From Oikopleura dioica (Eukaryota; Animalia; Chordata): a stretch of 64,000 nucleotides of DNA. The stretch spans positions 12,524,001 to 12,588,000 of the forward strand of contig OU015566.1 in assembly GCA_907165135.1 (NCBI GenBank). The letters are read 5' to 3'. A program made the translations under genes and the position numbers. The notes under the pieces are model-generated. The model saw nothing but the letters and a program-made list of their open reading frames with translations, was not told the origin of the DNA and made no database searches. Below are positions 25,301 through 38,704 of this stretch, one piece after another; position 1 is the first letter of the stretch; each line of letters starts with the position of its first letter.

Positions 25301-28300
25301 AAAACTGGAAAAAGAATAGAGATCTATGCGATAAGAAGAAAAACGAAGAAAATCATCATGAAATTGATTCAAATTTCAGCCCTTTTATCAGGTAAATTTC
25401 AATTTATTTGAAAAAATTACTGTTTCAAACAATTGCCAATAGCTTTAATAGAGCCTTATTTATCGTTAAAAAGTTTTTCCTATCCTTATTTAATGAAGAC
25501 TTTTTCAACAAAAATGCAAGAAAAAGCTTGGATAGACCCTTAATCTTCCGATAAAACGATAAAATTCGAACTTTACGAAACCCTTAACCCACCAGCGCAT
25601 CGGTCGATCCATCAGTGTTTTTACGCGCGGGGCAATTTCTTTGGCTGTCAGATGCGCCAAAAATTATCATGACAAATGTGCTGTCAGTGCGCCAAATCTT
25701 CTGAACCCCTATTTTTCGCCGCTTTTTCTTTCGCTCGGCCCTATTTTTGGACTTCGCGGAATATTTTCCTTTTTGGGGGTTGATCGATGGGAAATCTAAA
25801 ATGGGCGAAAATCGGAAGTGCTTTTCACGCCGTTCGGAAGTGAATAAAATGATAGCGCGGGCAAGTAGGGAGGGCCTCATTGAAAATCAAATTTTCCTCG
25901 ATGGAAAGAGAGTAATAAATAAGGGAGACAGGGGCGAGGAGGGAATTTTTGAGAAATGTGCAAACGCATGTAATTGAGATTTGATTTGAAAGGCGTTGGC
26001 ACATTATAAAATTATATTTGAATGCTGCTCCTTGACAAATTGGCTTATTGAGACTGAGCATAATCATATAACAAACGGATTTCGAAATTAGACGATTTCG
26101 GAAAGGGAAAAATTATGGGTATCTACCTCTTTCTTCCCATTTTCTTGTAAAAATGTAGATACCCTTATCGTAAGGGTCTATCCCTTTTGTCAAGAATTAA
26201 GGGTATCTTAGATACCGTATCTACTCCATTTCTACAAAAGAACATACTGGCAAAATGTCTCCAAAAGGCCTTGTATACCCTTAAATCTCCCTTGTTTTGT
26301 TAAAAGGTTATCGCTAACCTATTTTCAATGTTAGCTAAGAAACTTGAGTTTGGAATTTTTCGCGTGATTCGTGACCTTTTAGGGCGTGAAAAAAAGAACT
26401 AAAATTCCGGAATTTTTCGAAAAATATTTCGCGCCTCAACCGAAAAAAATAAGCTCTTCCCCGGAAAAGGTTAGCTAATTATAGGTACTCATTTTTTCAC
26501 ACTCGCCAGATGCGCGAGGTTTTGCTGAGCGAAGGTCCTTTAAAATTTGAAAAATCTGACAAAATTTCATTTGTTTCTCACAACGGGTCATTTCCATGTT
26601 TGCCGAAACCCTCGATGGAGGAAAAAATACGCTCGTGAAATTTCATTGCTACTCGGAAGGAGCTCGAGCACATCTGGATGTTGTAAGGGACCTCGTTTTG
26701 ATCACAACGAAAAACGATTGCACATTCTTGAATTTATATTTTGCAAGGGATACCCTTAAATTTGATGAGGAATTCTTTGAAAATGAAAAGGTAACGGCCT
26801 TATCTATCTATTTTTAAATTTATTGATGGACTAAAATTAAGGGATTCTCTTCGTTAAAAAGCGACAATACGGGTCGACATTTGTAGCACTAGAATTTCCA
26901 GCAAAACAACCGCAAAAAATTTCCGCGGGAGCATTTCTTTCAACCCATATTTTTTCGTAGAAAACAAGCGGCGCTGGAAATGTACTCAAGTGGCTCAACA
27001 AAATACCTTTTTTGCGTTTGCTTGTATTGTGAAATGTAAAAATTTGAAATTCAAACCCGTTTTCGCGACGAAATTCCGCCGCTTCTTAGTTTTCGGATGG
27101 TTCCTATTTTTTTTTTGGAAGTCGTTCAAGTCCGTCTTTTTCGCTTCCCGGGTTCTTTTAATTGCGCTAAATTTTTGATGAAGTTTTTTTGGCTCCGGAT
27201 GCATATTTAGCGGATAATTGAGGCGCAAGCCCGAGGCAATAGCTTCTCTTGCCTCCGGCGACGAATATAAATCGATGCGACCAACACCACCACTAATGTT
27301 TGCCAAATCGATGCACGACAGCTTTTTTGGAATCTATATTTTATTGTCTAACTGTTAATTATTGACGAGGTGAACCTATGCCCAGGCGTAGCCCGAGGCG
27401 AGGTAACACGGCGGAAGCGAATGAATTTTGACAGCTGCCGCGAGGAATAAATTTAGGCACACACGCTTTTGTAAACAGGAATTATTTCCAGAAGGAAATC
27501 GCCCAATCCTGGTGTTCCAAATGCTCGATTTTTGACGTTGTTGATTTCAAAGTCAAATTCGCGCTTTTGTCCCCCTTTTTTCGCGAAGAAAAGTGTTCTC
27601 ACAGGGTTGAAAGTCGCCGGAACCGTTTTTTCCGTCGCGGCAAATTGATCCTAAAAAGATGCTCGACTCGAGCAAGTCAAGATCAAGACCGTAATCCGCC
27701 TCAATTGATCCGTCAAAGTCGCCCAGCTGGAGGTGCTCATTTTTAGCCCCGAGGCTATTGCCCAAACGGCGGCTAAGGCTCTCTGGCAATTAATTATTTA
27801 TCAAGGCGAAATTCATCGGCATATGCGCCCTTTGAAGCTAAATATCAATATTTGGCTTGGAAGGGCAAACTCGGAGGATACTGTATTTAGATGCTCACCG
27901 TATGCTACAGTCAGAAGAGGCTGATAGGCGTGTCACTTTGGGCCGATTGTAAAAGTCTGTTAACAAATCTGACACGCATCAACCAAAGGTCGACTTGGAT
28001 AAGAATTAATTTACGATCATTTTATGGGTGTTTATTTCTAAAATTATCGATGGGTAGACCCTTAAAATCTTCTTTATTTCTGGCAAATCTATTGAGGATA
28101 ATGGCTGTAAGGAAATATACCTTCTTTTCCTATTTTCATAACAGAAATGTAAGATTTTCTTAAGGCTCTACCATTCACTATTTACTCAGCATTCCAAAAG
28201 AAAATAAGTCTCCCTGTCAGGCAATCAATCATTCTCCCGCTCAGACGAGTGGCTAAATGGCTTTTCAAAAGGCCATTTTCTTCATCTCCTTATTTTGTAA

Positions 28301-30189
28301 TTTATTTTCCCCCAGCTGATTGCGTTGGCCTTTTGCCCTGATACCATTCTTTAGCGGATTATAATTTTTAGCGTGATTTTGATCGATAGATTTTGATTTA
28401 GGGGTTTTAGCCCTTGATTTTCGAGCGTGATTTTTTGGCAATTTGCAATTTAAAATAGACAATTATGGGGCCCTTGAGGGTGCTTTTGGGATCCCCCGCT
28501 AGTTTTAATTTCTGGGTCATGAGAACTCGCACCTTCTACATAACTTCACAGCCCCCGGGGGACTTCCGCCCTGCCCTCCGGTTTGATTCAGTGTCTTCTC
28601 AGCCCGAATTTTTACGGCGGTGCCCTTATGGATCTGAGAATGTGCGAATTTCTGCTGGTTTGGCTAGAAACTGAAGGTGTATTTTTGCCCGTGTCAGATG
28701 TGGTTTGGCCTCGGGCGCGTGCGGTCGCGGCCCAGCCTCTTCAGAGAGTGCTTTTTCGAGATGGGTGATTCTTCTTTCTTTTTTGAATTCGTGCTTGAAC
28801 AAACCGGGTTTTTGAGTTTATCACAATGAAAAGAAATTTTAAAACAACAGGATTTGAGTTTGCTCGGATTAAACCAGCAGGAGACGCTCCTTCCGGCGCA
28901 GGGTTAAGTTTAACCTCCTCAGAGTTTATATTAATTCATCATCAAGCTTAAATTTTTTATTTGCCAATTATTTGTTTCTAGCGCGGCAATAAGTTAAATC
29001 CTTTTTAGATCAATGAAGAATCATTTTTCCTTATTCGGAAATAAGTTAATGAATATATTCTCAAGTTAACCTATTAGGAGCATCCGGCAATTAGCCCAGT
29101 CAGAAAAAGACGGATAATTCTGCCTTGACAGGTGGCTAATCCGACTCATAGGTCGGGAAGAAAACGATGATTTTTACGGTGCTCAATTATACGTTCATTG
29201 TCACGTTTTTCGATCAATTATCTCGGTAAAATATGAATAAGGGGGAAAATTAGGGACCAGGGTATCCATCAAGTGTGTGAAATTATCGAAGCAAAGAATG
29301 AGTGAAATGATTTTGAAATTGGAAACATTTTTAATGACCATCCAACTTGACATTTTCGCGAAGAAAGACGATTTTGATGGAGCCCGGAAATAGTTCTTGG
29401 CAATCGGGGCGGATCCTTTGAACTCGGATTTATAATTCAATAACCGCGCACTTTTCATTTGTGGTTGTTGCTAATCGAAGATTCAAGAGCGCACACACAT
29501 TTTTATATAAAATTAAATTCTTGGATTGTGGCGGCGTCATCCCTTTGAAGGATCCTAAGGGCGAGGACGCTGTTCAGGTGTTTTGGTAGCATTGTTTCGT
29601 AGGGACTTATCACTCGGTATTTTCCCACAAATAGAAATAGAAACCGTGAAATCCGTCTTGCCCAAAATAGAAACTTGAAAAGCCATAAGCAAATACCAGC
29701 CCTTTTTCGAGAAATTCCTGCTGTAGTTGCTTCTGTATTGAGCGTTTGTTACTGTTTGCAGAATAATGACAATCTGGCGGGCCTGACAATCTGTCTCCAC
29801 ACTTCCGAACTCGCCGTCAAATTCTGACCTCAGAGTAACCGGAAAAATGCTGATTGTGTTAAATTAGGATGACCCTAGGAAGACCTTTGCTCCCCAAAAC
29901 AAACCCCCAAATTACAGGATGAAGATACCCTCAATTTTTGAAAGTGACTCTCGAGGTGCGCTGCTGATAACATTTTTTCTCGCTACTTTGGTGGTCACAT
30001 ATGACTAGGCAACAATAGTAGCAATTTGGCACCTTTTATCAGTCCATTCTATCTCTCCCAATTTCGCTCATTTCCTGAGCTCTAATTGCGCAAAATCGCT
30101 TTTTTTACGCAAGGCATCTTGCCAAAACCCGAAAAAGAGGAACTACATTTCCTTCCTTATCAATTTTCCTTCCTGAATTTGTTGTTTAG

Positions 30190-33100
30190 GGATACATTCT
30201 CAACGCGTAAGCGTGGACAAAACTCAGCTGGACTTGCTCAACGCTGGGGATGAATTGCGATGCATTTGCGACGACGATGACTGTATGGAAGAAGTCACGT
30301 GGTTTCGCGATGGAAAACCTGTCTCGTACGATATTCAAACGATGGTGGACAAGATCATCTTCATGGGATACGAGGAGCCAGGCAAATACTCCTGCAAAGT
30401 CGGCGACAAGATGTCCCATCCTGCTGATGTCCGCGAACGATGTAAGTACTCTCGCGCCCCAGGGAATGTTATATTTGCCCTCTAACCGGAAGCCAATAGG
30501 TTCTATTTGAGTTTGAAAAAGAAAGAAGGAGGGCAGCTTATAAAATCAATTTGAAAAGGATTAAACTTTTTATGAAGCAACTTAAGCCTTTTTTATAACT
30601 GAGAAAATTTGCGAAACAAAATTCAAACCCGGGCCCCGCAGGTTGGTAAATATTGCAACGCGCTCGCTCCGAGGCGGATCCCTTTGAGAAAGGATCTGTC
30701 TTTTTGAGTAAGGGAGTGTTTGAACAGATTTGAGGCCGTAACCTTCCTTGTTTGTGCCCAAAACATGACTCTGTCAATGGATGAAACGGTGCGTGATGAA
30801 TCTCGCACCTCGCCTTTCCGGTATCGTTTCATGTTGGATTAGGCACGCGCTTCGGGGCATTTTTGACCTTGTTTACGAGAAATTAGCTTTAGTCTTCGTT
30901 GATTTCAATTTTTGAATAAAGCAGTAAATAGCTAGCAATAATAAATTCTCAAGACACCCTCGACAATCTCCGCTCGTTGTTTAGATGTTCGTTTATTGCC
31001 CAAGGCGAGTGGCTTTGCTGGAATGTTAGTCTTGCTCAAGTCTTTTGAGCAATCGGCTCGAGGGCTCTCGGCTTGTCGGGCTCGATGGCCTCGTTGAAAA
31101 AGTGATTTTTCAAGTCACTCTTTTTTTGTCTAATTAGGCTCCTTTTCTATGAGGGCCCTTCTGATTGTCACTCGCCTCGGGCCGCTAGTTTCTCGAGTGA
31201 TGATTTACATAAGAACCAGTTGGATTTTCCACTTCAAAAGGGAGTTACCTGTCGAAATTGTCGGTACCAACCTTTTTATGGCCTCTTTAGTTAATATTGA
31301 TATTTGCCATCCAGTTTTGATCACAAACACTTTCCCTCGGGCGTCATAAGAATCCTTCTCGCCCTCTCTCCGGTCACTCGCTCGAGGCAAAAACACTTGT
31401 ATCCGGTGGTTTTCCCCACTAATGAATAAAAACCGCTTCCGCTTTTTGCGCCTGTGAATTCAGATAAATTTACTTTCAATATCGTTGCCAGGCGTCTGGC
31501 TCCCAGAAAGGTCAGAGGCCGGACAATCTGACGACGCTTTAGCTTTGCTTATCCTTATAAGAATGAAATGTTCTTTTATGACGCGATCGGGCAATCACGC
31601 GATCGCTTATTTTTCTGGGTAAATCATCGTCGCGCAATTTTTTTTCAAATTCTGGAAGTTGTGATTTTTAGCTCACCGGAAAAGCGTCTTTGATCCTAGC
31701 TGAAGTAAACACTTGAGAATTTGTTCAGTTTGCGTCAAAGTCTGTTAATTCAGCTTTCTACAGTTGCTACGGGCCAGCAGCGCAAGTAATTACAGTTTCT
31801 TTTATCTGCCAAAAAGCAGGGACTTGTGGGTTCGGGAAGTGAATTCGCGTGAATTGCCTAATCCGGAGCTAGATCACCAGCCGGATATGTGATAAGCGCA
31901 CTGTGTTAGACTAAGTTTTTGGCTTTCCATATTTCCAGGATCAGGGTTTATTTGTTTTTCCTCCCTCTCGAGATTTGCATGGTCAAAATATTCAAATTGA
32001 ACCTGGCCTGATAGCATCTAACAGCAATCTTTTCTAGCGTTCGATTTCATCAACATCTCTCCAGCAGCCGATATGTCAAAGATTTCCGGGCAAAGGATAG
32101 ACCTGACCTGCGATGTGAAGATGTTTCCAAATCCAAGCGAGTATATTTGGCTAAAGAACGAGGAAGAAATCAGATCGACCGGAAGCAGGATTGGAATCAA
32201 GGACGACAGACTGACGATTTATTCTGCTACTGTTGAAGACTCTGGAAGATACAGGTAAAATTCAAGATGGAATGAAATATGCAGCTGGACGCGGGAAAAA
32301 TATTCAATGCAGCAAGTGCACTTTTCTGGCCGCAAACGTGTTCATATTATTCAGCGGGCCCTCTCACTAACACTTGATCATTTCAGCTGTTCGGTGCAGT
32401 ACAGCGACGAGTACCAAGTCTCGCCCCAGCTGCATATCGAAGTGCGATCATCCGGTTTCGAGGAGAATTTCCCGCCCGTCAGTTCTACCATCGAGGGCGA
32501 GTACTTCGATCTACCATGCTCGCCGGAGAATAAACAAGCCTCTCTCTACTGGATTGTCTTTGGCGAAAAAATGAAACCAGGAGAAAACAACGGAAGAATA
32601 TCAATCGACGATATCGATGGAACTTTAGTCATTTCCCGCGCTAGAATCGAAGACAACGGTTTGATCAAATGCGTCGCTGGAAACAAAAGCATCGAAACGA
32701 ACCTCCATGTCCTGAAAGACCGCTCTGTAACTAAGCAAGACTCGATCGACAACATCATCGAGTCAGAATCCGTCGAAATGGTCTGCGAGCTCGAGGGGAA
32801 ACGCGTTCAGTGGAGCCACAACGGAGAATTGAAGGAGCAAAACGCGAGGAAGCGAAAAGTTTTTACGCAGATACAGGTAATTTTTTAATCACTGAATAAG
32901 TGCAAAATAAAAGATGACTTTGACGCAAATATTAACTAATCGCTTCAGCTGGGCGACGGTGGTGAATGGATTTGCGAAGCTGAAAACGGCTCGCGCCACA
33001 AATTTGTCGTCAATGTCAATACAGGTTAGCTCTTTTGTGACAGTTTTCAGATGCATATCTTTCCTTATATTTATATGTTTCTGCCCCTGCTGGGCCCAAC

Positions 33101-34968
33101 GCCAATATTTTGCCAAATCAGCGTAACAAAAATTCTGCTAATAAATTTTCGACCCCAGTGGGTATTTTGCCAAATTTAGGCGCCAACCAAGCGGAGCAAA
33201 AACAATAACCAGAAACACTGTAAGCTTAGACAATAGCATGCAAGCCAAGTTAATGCTGTTTCCTCGACAAATAAGCGTGTCTGACTTTTACATAAATCTT
33301 TTAGCAAATCAAGCCGCCATGAATCCACCAGCAGTGCGAATTGTCGATTCAAAAGTAGAACTATCCTGGACGGAGACGCTTTCTGATGTTCAGATTCAAT
33401 ACAAAAGGTAAGAATTTTTGTTCTTTGTTTCTATTGAAAAGTTTCTCTTCATGAATATTTAAACACCGGATATCCTTCGTATTTTACTTTTAACGCCGGT
33501 TTAACACGTCCTTATTCTATGATGAACTTTTTAAATCACTACCGAGTATTTCAGACTCAAAACCCGAGAAGCGCTGCCACTAAGGCTTTCCAGAGCTTTG
33601 ATTGGCTGACCAGCAAATTGGATTTTCAAAAGTTATTAACATTAATCCTTTCAGTGTTTCCGAGGATATGTGGGGCGTGCTTAACCCACCCAAGCTGAAT
33701 GGTCCTTCTACCGCCACAGTCGACAATTTAGTCTCTTCTGGACAAGTGCACTTCCGAATCGCTCCCATGGATAACTTTGGCAGACTCCTCGCTCCTTTCT
33801 CCGCCGCTTCTGATGCTGTAACCGTCAAGTCGTCCAATGCAGCGGAAGAAATCAACCTGGTCGTCCTTGGTGTCATCGTTGGCGCCGCTGTTTTCACAAT
33901 CGTCCTTGTCTGCGTGCTGATTTTTATGCTGAAACGCTACAAGAGCACGAAGAAAACCACCAAAAACGGAAGCAAAGACTTCACCTACACGAAACCCGGC
34001 TTCTACGCCCAGCCCGACTACCCGATCACTCACTGCGGGCTTGTAAGGTAAAAGAACAGGCATTAATTTTTCACCAGCGGCGGATTAAAAACAAAATTGA
34101 GACCAAAGCACAGACAATTAATTCATTCACATTCCTGCAGATGGCAGAAAACGTAGAATAGAGCACACTATTAGATAGTATTTGAATATTTAATTTTTCG
34201 TTCTGAAAGAAGCCGTATCGGATCGATTTTCACGTGGCTTTTTACGAAATGCTTTTTCAAATATTTAATATTAAAGAATCGTCAGACTCAATCAATGTCC
34301 GTATATACTTAAAAGCAAGATCAATCAATGGCAAAGTAGTAGCGTGAGAATAATTATCACGCGCGATCCATGACATGTAAAATTGTTGTTTCAGGTCATC
34401 AGACCGTTTGTCTGGGCTTTTGGCAGTCAAAAGATAAATTACCAATCTTTCTTGGAAATAATGATTTTTCTTCAGAAACGGCTCCGACTCCGGCCACGGA
34501 ACGACTTCTTCCAACCGAGATGACCAGGCTGATCATTGGCTCGCCTTTTCTCGCCCGGACCAGTCTCCAATGCTCTATCACCACAGTGTAGCCGCACACA
34601 ACGGAGCTAGCACAAACAAGCCGCGCACCTACACCACCAACCGTCCGGAAACTCTTCTTTCTGGAACTCAATACTCGGATCATTCCTACCACTCCAGCGC
34701 TTCTGGCCGCTCGGGACGCTACCAAAACCCCTACACGATTGGCGCTCAGACTGTCTACGAGACGGCCACTCCCGCAAGCCAATTGCCATACGCCTCGCAA
34801 TATGCTGAAATCGAGATTATCCCGCGAAACCAGCCGAACCAGCAGACCGGGACTCGTGGCAGCTTCTCTCAGCAAAACATGGGACCTCCACCCTCTTACC
34901 TCTCTTCTTACCCATCTGGAGCCGCCCAGCCCGAGCCTATCTACGAAAGCCTCGATCACAAGTGCTAA
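30190..34968 (+). CDS. Immunoglobulin-superfamily type I receptor: at least 4 Ig domains, 1 FN3, TM, Tyr-motif cytoplasmic tail (5' end not resolved)
   Basis: Ig signatures LRCIC..VTWFRDG..GKYSC; IDLTCDV..YIWLKN..DSGRYRC; FDLPC..LYWIV..DNGLIKC; VEMVC..VQWSHNG..DGGEWICEAEN. FN3 VELSW..VHFRIAPMDNFG..FSAAS. TM LVVLGVIVGAAVFTIVLVCVLIFML. Tail ends QPEPIYESLDHKC*. Confidence 0.9.
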
Positions 34969-35186
34969 ATGCTCTTCTATCTTATCTAATGGAAACATAT
35001 TGTGCTCTGTAAATTATTATTTTTGCCACGATAAATTACTTATTATTCACTCATGTAAAAAGATATCACTTTTCTCGACTGCCTGCTACTTGAGTTCAAA
35101 AAAACAACACTACATAAAACAAATAAACTGCACTGTAAACTTCAAAATGAGTCTAATTTATATACAGTCATGATAGCAAAGCACTT

Positions 35187-38100
35187 TCAACCCTTCCTCT
35201 GCTTGTACTCGAGTAGGATATTATTTACTTCGGACATTTGATTTTCGAACGTCATCAGTTTCGCCTTCAGTTGTTGGACTGTCTTTTCCAGATTGCCATT
35301 TTTCGATCGTTCTTCCTGAAGTGCTAGTTCTACTGCTTGACTGATTTGAAAGCCGGTTGCTCCACTGACGGATGTGTTTTTCTTAGACTTTGATTTCGCA
35401 CGGATTTCGTTGATTAGTTCTTTTTGTTTCTCTGAATTTTTTATAAGCACGAGATTTTTGAATAAACAAAATTACCGAGTTTTTTCAATAATTTTTGATT
35501 GAGCTCCATCTGTTGTTGCATGAACAATTCCTGTTCTTTACTAGCAGCAGAGCTTTGAATTACTACTGGAGCTTCTGCAATAGGTTTTTTCTCGACTGCA
35601 GTTTTCCCGCTTCCTTCTTCTTCTGCACTGCCTTCTGTTTCTTCAGGAGTGGGGTGCGAAGATTTGTTTTTGGTGATTTCTTCCAAATGATTGAAGATTT
35701 TCATATTGTCCTCTTTCAAGAAACTGGTCACACTTCCGATCTAAATATTTTGTATCGAATAAGGTCTATTTTAGTTCAATAAAAAATGATGGCACAAAGT
35801 TCAGGCGTGTGTTATTTTAGGATTTGGATTTACCATTTTAAGCTCTCGATCCTGATTGTCCAGCTGGAGCAGTATTTTCGAAACTTTTGAGCTGTTCTCC
35901 GCAAGCTTTGCCTTTGTCGATTCCAAATCGTCGATCAGCTGTGGATCAAGGACGGGGTTATTCTTCGCTACTTCCGGCGTTGTCATAGTAGTCGTTGTTG
36001 TCTGCGCCCAGCTAGGTAACGTAGGATCAGCCGTAGTCGTCGTTGTTGGCAGTGGAATGCCGAGTTTTTTCATGACCTTGATTTTTTCATTGAATATTTT
36101 CAGACAGGGTGCCACATTTTACCTCAAGTTCGATTGCGCTTTTTGTTGGCGGCGGCGGTTTCGGCCCATCAAATCTGCACAGAACATGGACAGGCTGTGT
36201 CCACTCAGCGATTCCAGTAGTCGATTCGCAATCGCCATCAACAAACCGACCGCGTCCCCAAGGGCCCATCACAAGAATACCGCAGTGCTCAAGTCCGTTG
36301 CGATTATCGGGCTCGCTTGACGCCCAGCGGACGTACTCGGCCGGTTCGTTACGGACTGTCAGCCAGTTGCCTTCGTTTCCAAGATCACTGAAAGAAAAGA
36401 TCAGAGCGCTACTCCTTCAGGAGAGTTCAGGCCCTGTTCAGGGTATAAGACTTCCATGAAATTTTGTTTTCTCATAATCGCAGTCTAGGGGAGTCCCAAA
36501 CTGAGGGTCTCAGTAAGCTTGTTTGTCTGAAAGATACGATCAAATGACAATACAAATTGATCGAATGTCCTTGCTGAAAGACTAGAATGAACTCATCGCA
36601 AAAGTTAAGATGAGTGTCTATTTTTTAAACGGCAGAGTGAGTACATAATATAACTTGCCTCATGAGTATATCCTCATGATGTCATAATTTGGTCCGCGTG
36701 CGCACAATATACCGCTGTAAGCTTGATAGATATCGATCATTTCGTAGTAGGGATCAGGGCTGGTAAATTCGCGTCCTAAAATCTGTCGAAAATTTTTTGT
36801 GCACTAAAATTAGTGCGCGAATTTATTTTGTCGAGACTTTAGTGACTTTCGCGTCTCTTTCGCGTGTGTCTCGAAAAGTGTCGAAAATAAGGGCTGCTGA
36901 TTGGCCCGCCAATGAGCGCGGGCTCTTTAATTCTAAAGAATACGTAAGTTTGAGAATTTCAAACTTCGCTTATATTAGAAATTCAAAAAATTTGGTTTCA
37001 ATAAAGTTGAGTGGGTAATTGAGGGCGTGAATTTTAATATAAAGTCAAAAAAGACTTTGTCAATTCATTTGTTAATTTTCTTTATAAATATAAAGTAACA
37101 AATTTAGCCTTAATTATACAGGGAAAAATACAATTCAACCTTTGTTTGCAACTTTTCTTGTGCTGGATTTGAATGATAAGCTTAGACTTTTAGCCTAAGA
37201 TAAGCTTTCTTAGGGAGGTCTTCTCCCTTATTTTTTTTTATTGAAGGGCCATCCGCAGCTTGTTATTCCTGCTTTTTCCCTTTCTTGTCAATCTTCTTCT
37301 TGTCATTGTTCGACTAATTTCGGTGTCCTCAAAAGTCTACAGCTGGAGGAGCCTTGTGCGAATTGTTGATATAATTCTTTAAAATCAAATTTATTTTATA
37401 ATTCAGAAGGGAGATCTTCTCCCAAGTTCATGCTTACTTTGTAATTCAGAAAGCAGATTTCCTCCCAATACATTTTACTCAAAAAACTTACAATGCTCAC
37501 TGAATTCTGAGCACCCACGTGCTCACGCGTGCTCGTGCTCACGCAAAATTTTCAGATTTCAAACCCTGTCCCTAGCAAAGCTTATCTTACCTCATCATTT
37601 AACTCGACAAAAAGAATTTCCAACAAAAGTTGAGTTTTATTCTTTTCAACTTATTTGTTACTAAATAAGTAATTTTTTTAAAATTAAATTGTGTCATATT
37701 TACGATGCATTGATTTTTATATATCTAGCAGTTTCAGTTTGAAGAAATTCTTCCCTGATCAAAATCGTCTTCCATGAAACTATCATCCGGGAAGAGCCTA
37801 TTGGATGATGAAAAAGAGCCTCTTTTTTCGCGTCTTTAGTGCTGATCAGCTCTCGAAAAGTCACTAATTTCCCCAAGAGGAAAAATTAGTGTCATTTTAG
37901 TGCACTAAAGGCGCGCAAGACGCGAAAATGTCTCTAAAAAAAATAAGTGCGCTAATTTTTTTTTCTTCGAGAGAAAATAGTGCGCTAATTTACCAGCCCT
38001 GGTAGGGATATATGATATATCATCTATGATACCTAAGGTATATCCCTTGTCGCTTTCATTTCTTGTTAGGGGTTTCCAAGGGGGCTTACCCCCCTAAATT

Positions 38101-38392
38101 AGGCCTAAGATTTGGAAACTGCATACTCTTACATAAGGCCCTTAGGCTACGGGGGCTACAGTGCCTACCTGTATCCGATCCATACTTTCGCTGATGCAGG
38201 GATGCCCTTCATCGCATAAAGATGATCGTAAGGATCATCAAAATGAGCAAGCTCTCCACCTCTTTCATAGCACAATTTCGTTGCGTCAAACCAGTTGACC
38301 CCTGTATCTTCGTAAAACTCAAATGCCTTGTTTCGTGGTCCGAATTCTCTGGTTGCTAGTCCGTTTGAAAGAAAAAGTAAGACTGATTTCAT
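35187..38392 (-). CDS. Secreted C-type lectin-domain protein with Thr-rich linker and C-terminal coiled coil
   Basis: Exon 1: MKSVLLFLSNGLA..NWFDATKLCYERGGELAHF..VWIGY, spliced to SDLGNEGNW..YVRWASSEPDNRNGLEHC..FVDGDC..HVLCR. Then PPPPT/TTTTT, then heptad-rich LESTKAKLAENSSKVSKILLQL and LEKTVQQLKAKLMTFENQMSEV. Confidence 0.85.
36755..38001. mobile_element. Non-autonomous hAT-type element, ~1247 bp, in intron 1 of the C-type lectin gene
   Basis: 15-bp TIR CAGGGCTGGTAAATT. Perfect 8-bp TSD GTAGGGAT (36747-36754 and 38002-38009). Repeated subterminal TAGTGC(G/A)C motifs. Confidence 0.9.
37198..37587. mobile_element. Nested ~390-bp MITE with TA flanks (Tc1/mariner-like signature)
   Basis: AGATAAGCTTTCTTAGGGA ... 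TCCCTAGCAAAGCTTATCT is a 19-bp inverted repeat with 2 mismatches, flanked by TA on both sides. Confidence 0.6.
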
Positions 38393-38704
38393 GATTCTGT
38401 TTATTGGATTGATGCAGAATGCACGTTAGAGATTATGAAGTCGATCTAACCGATGCTCAGAAATAGATCAAGCAAAACATAATATTTAGATCACTGTTAC
38501 CGCAACTTTAAAGAGCCAGTCAGGGCAATGTGAAACTAAATTAATATTGACCGAGACTATTTTCCGGAAAAAGTAACGTAATCAATAGTCATAAAAATAA
38601 AAATAGAAAAGTTGGTTCCAGTGCTACATTTTAATGAATTGAGGAGAGTATATAACGCAAGTTAAAAATTGACACGGCCCCATCATTGTGGAGATTTCTC
38701 AGCG

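Noticed and set aside
27225-31390. Scattered GCCCGAGGC / GTCACTCGC motifs suggesting another MITE family
   Set aside because: Matches are short and imperfect, and I could not define paired TIRs or a TSD.
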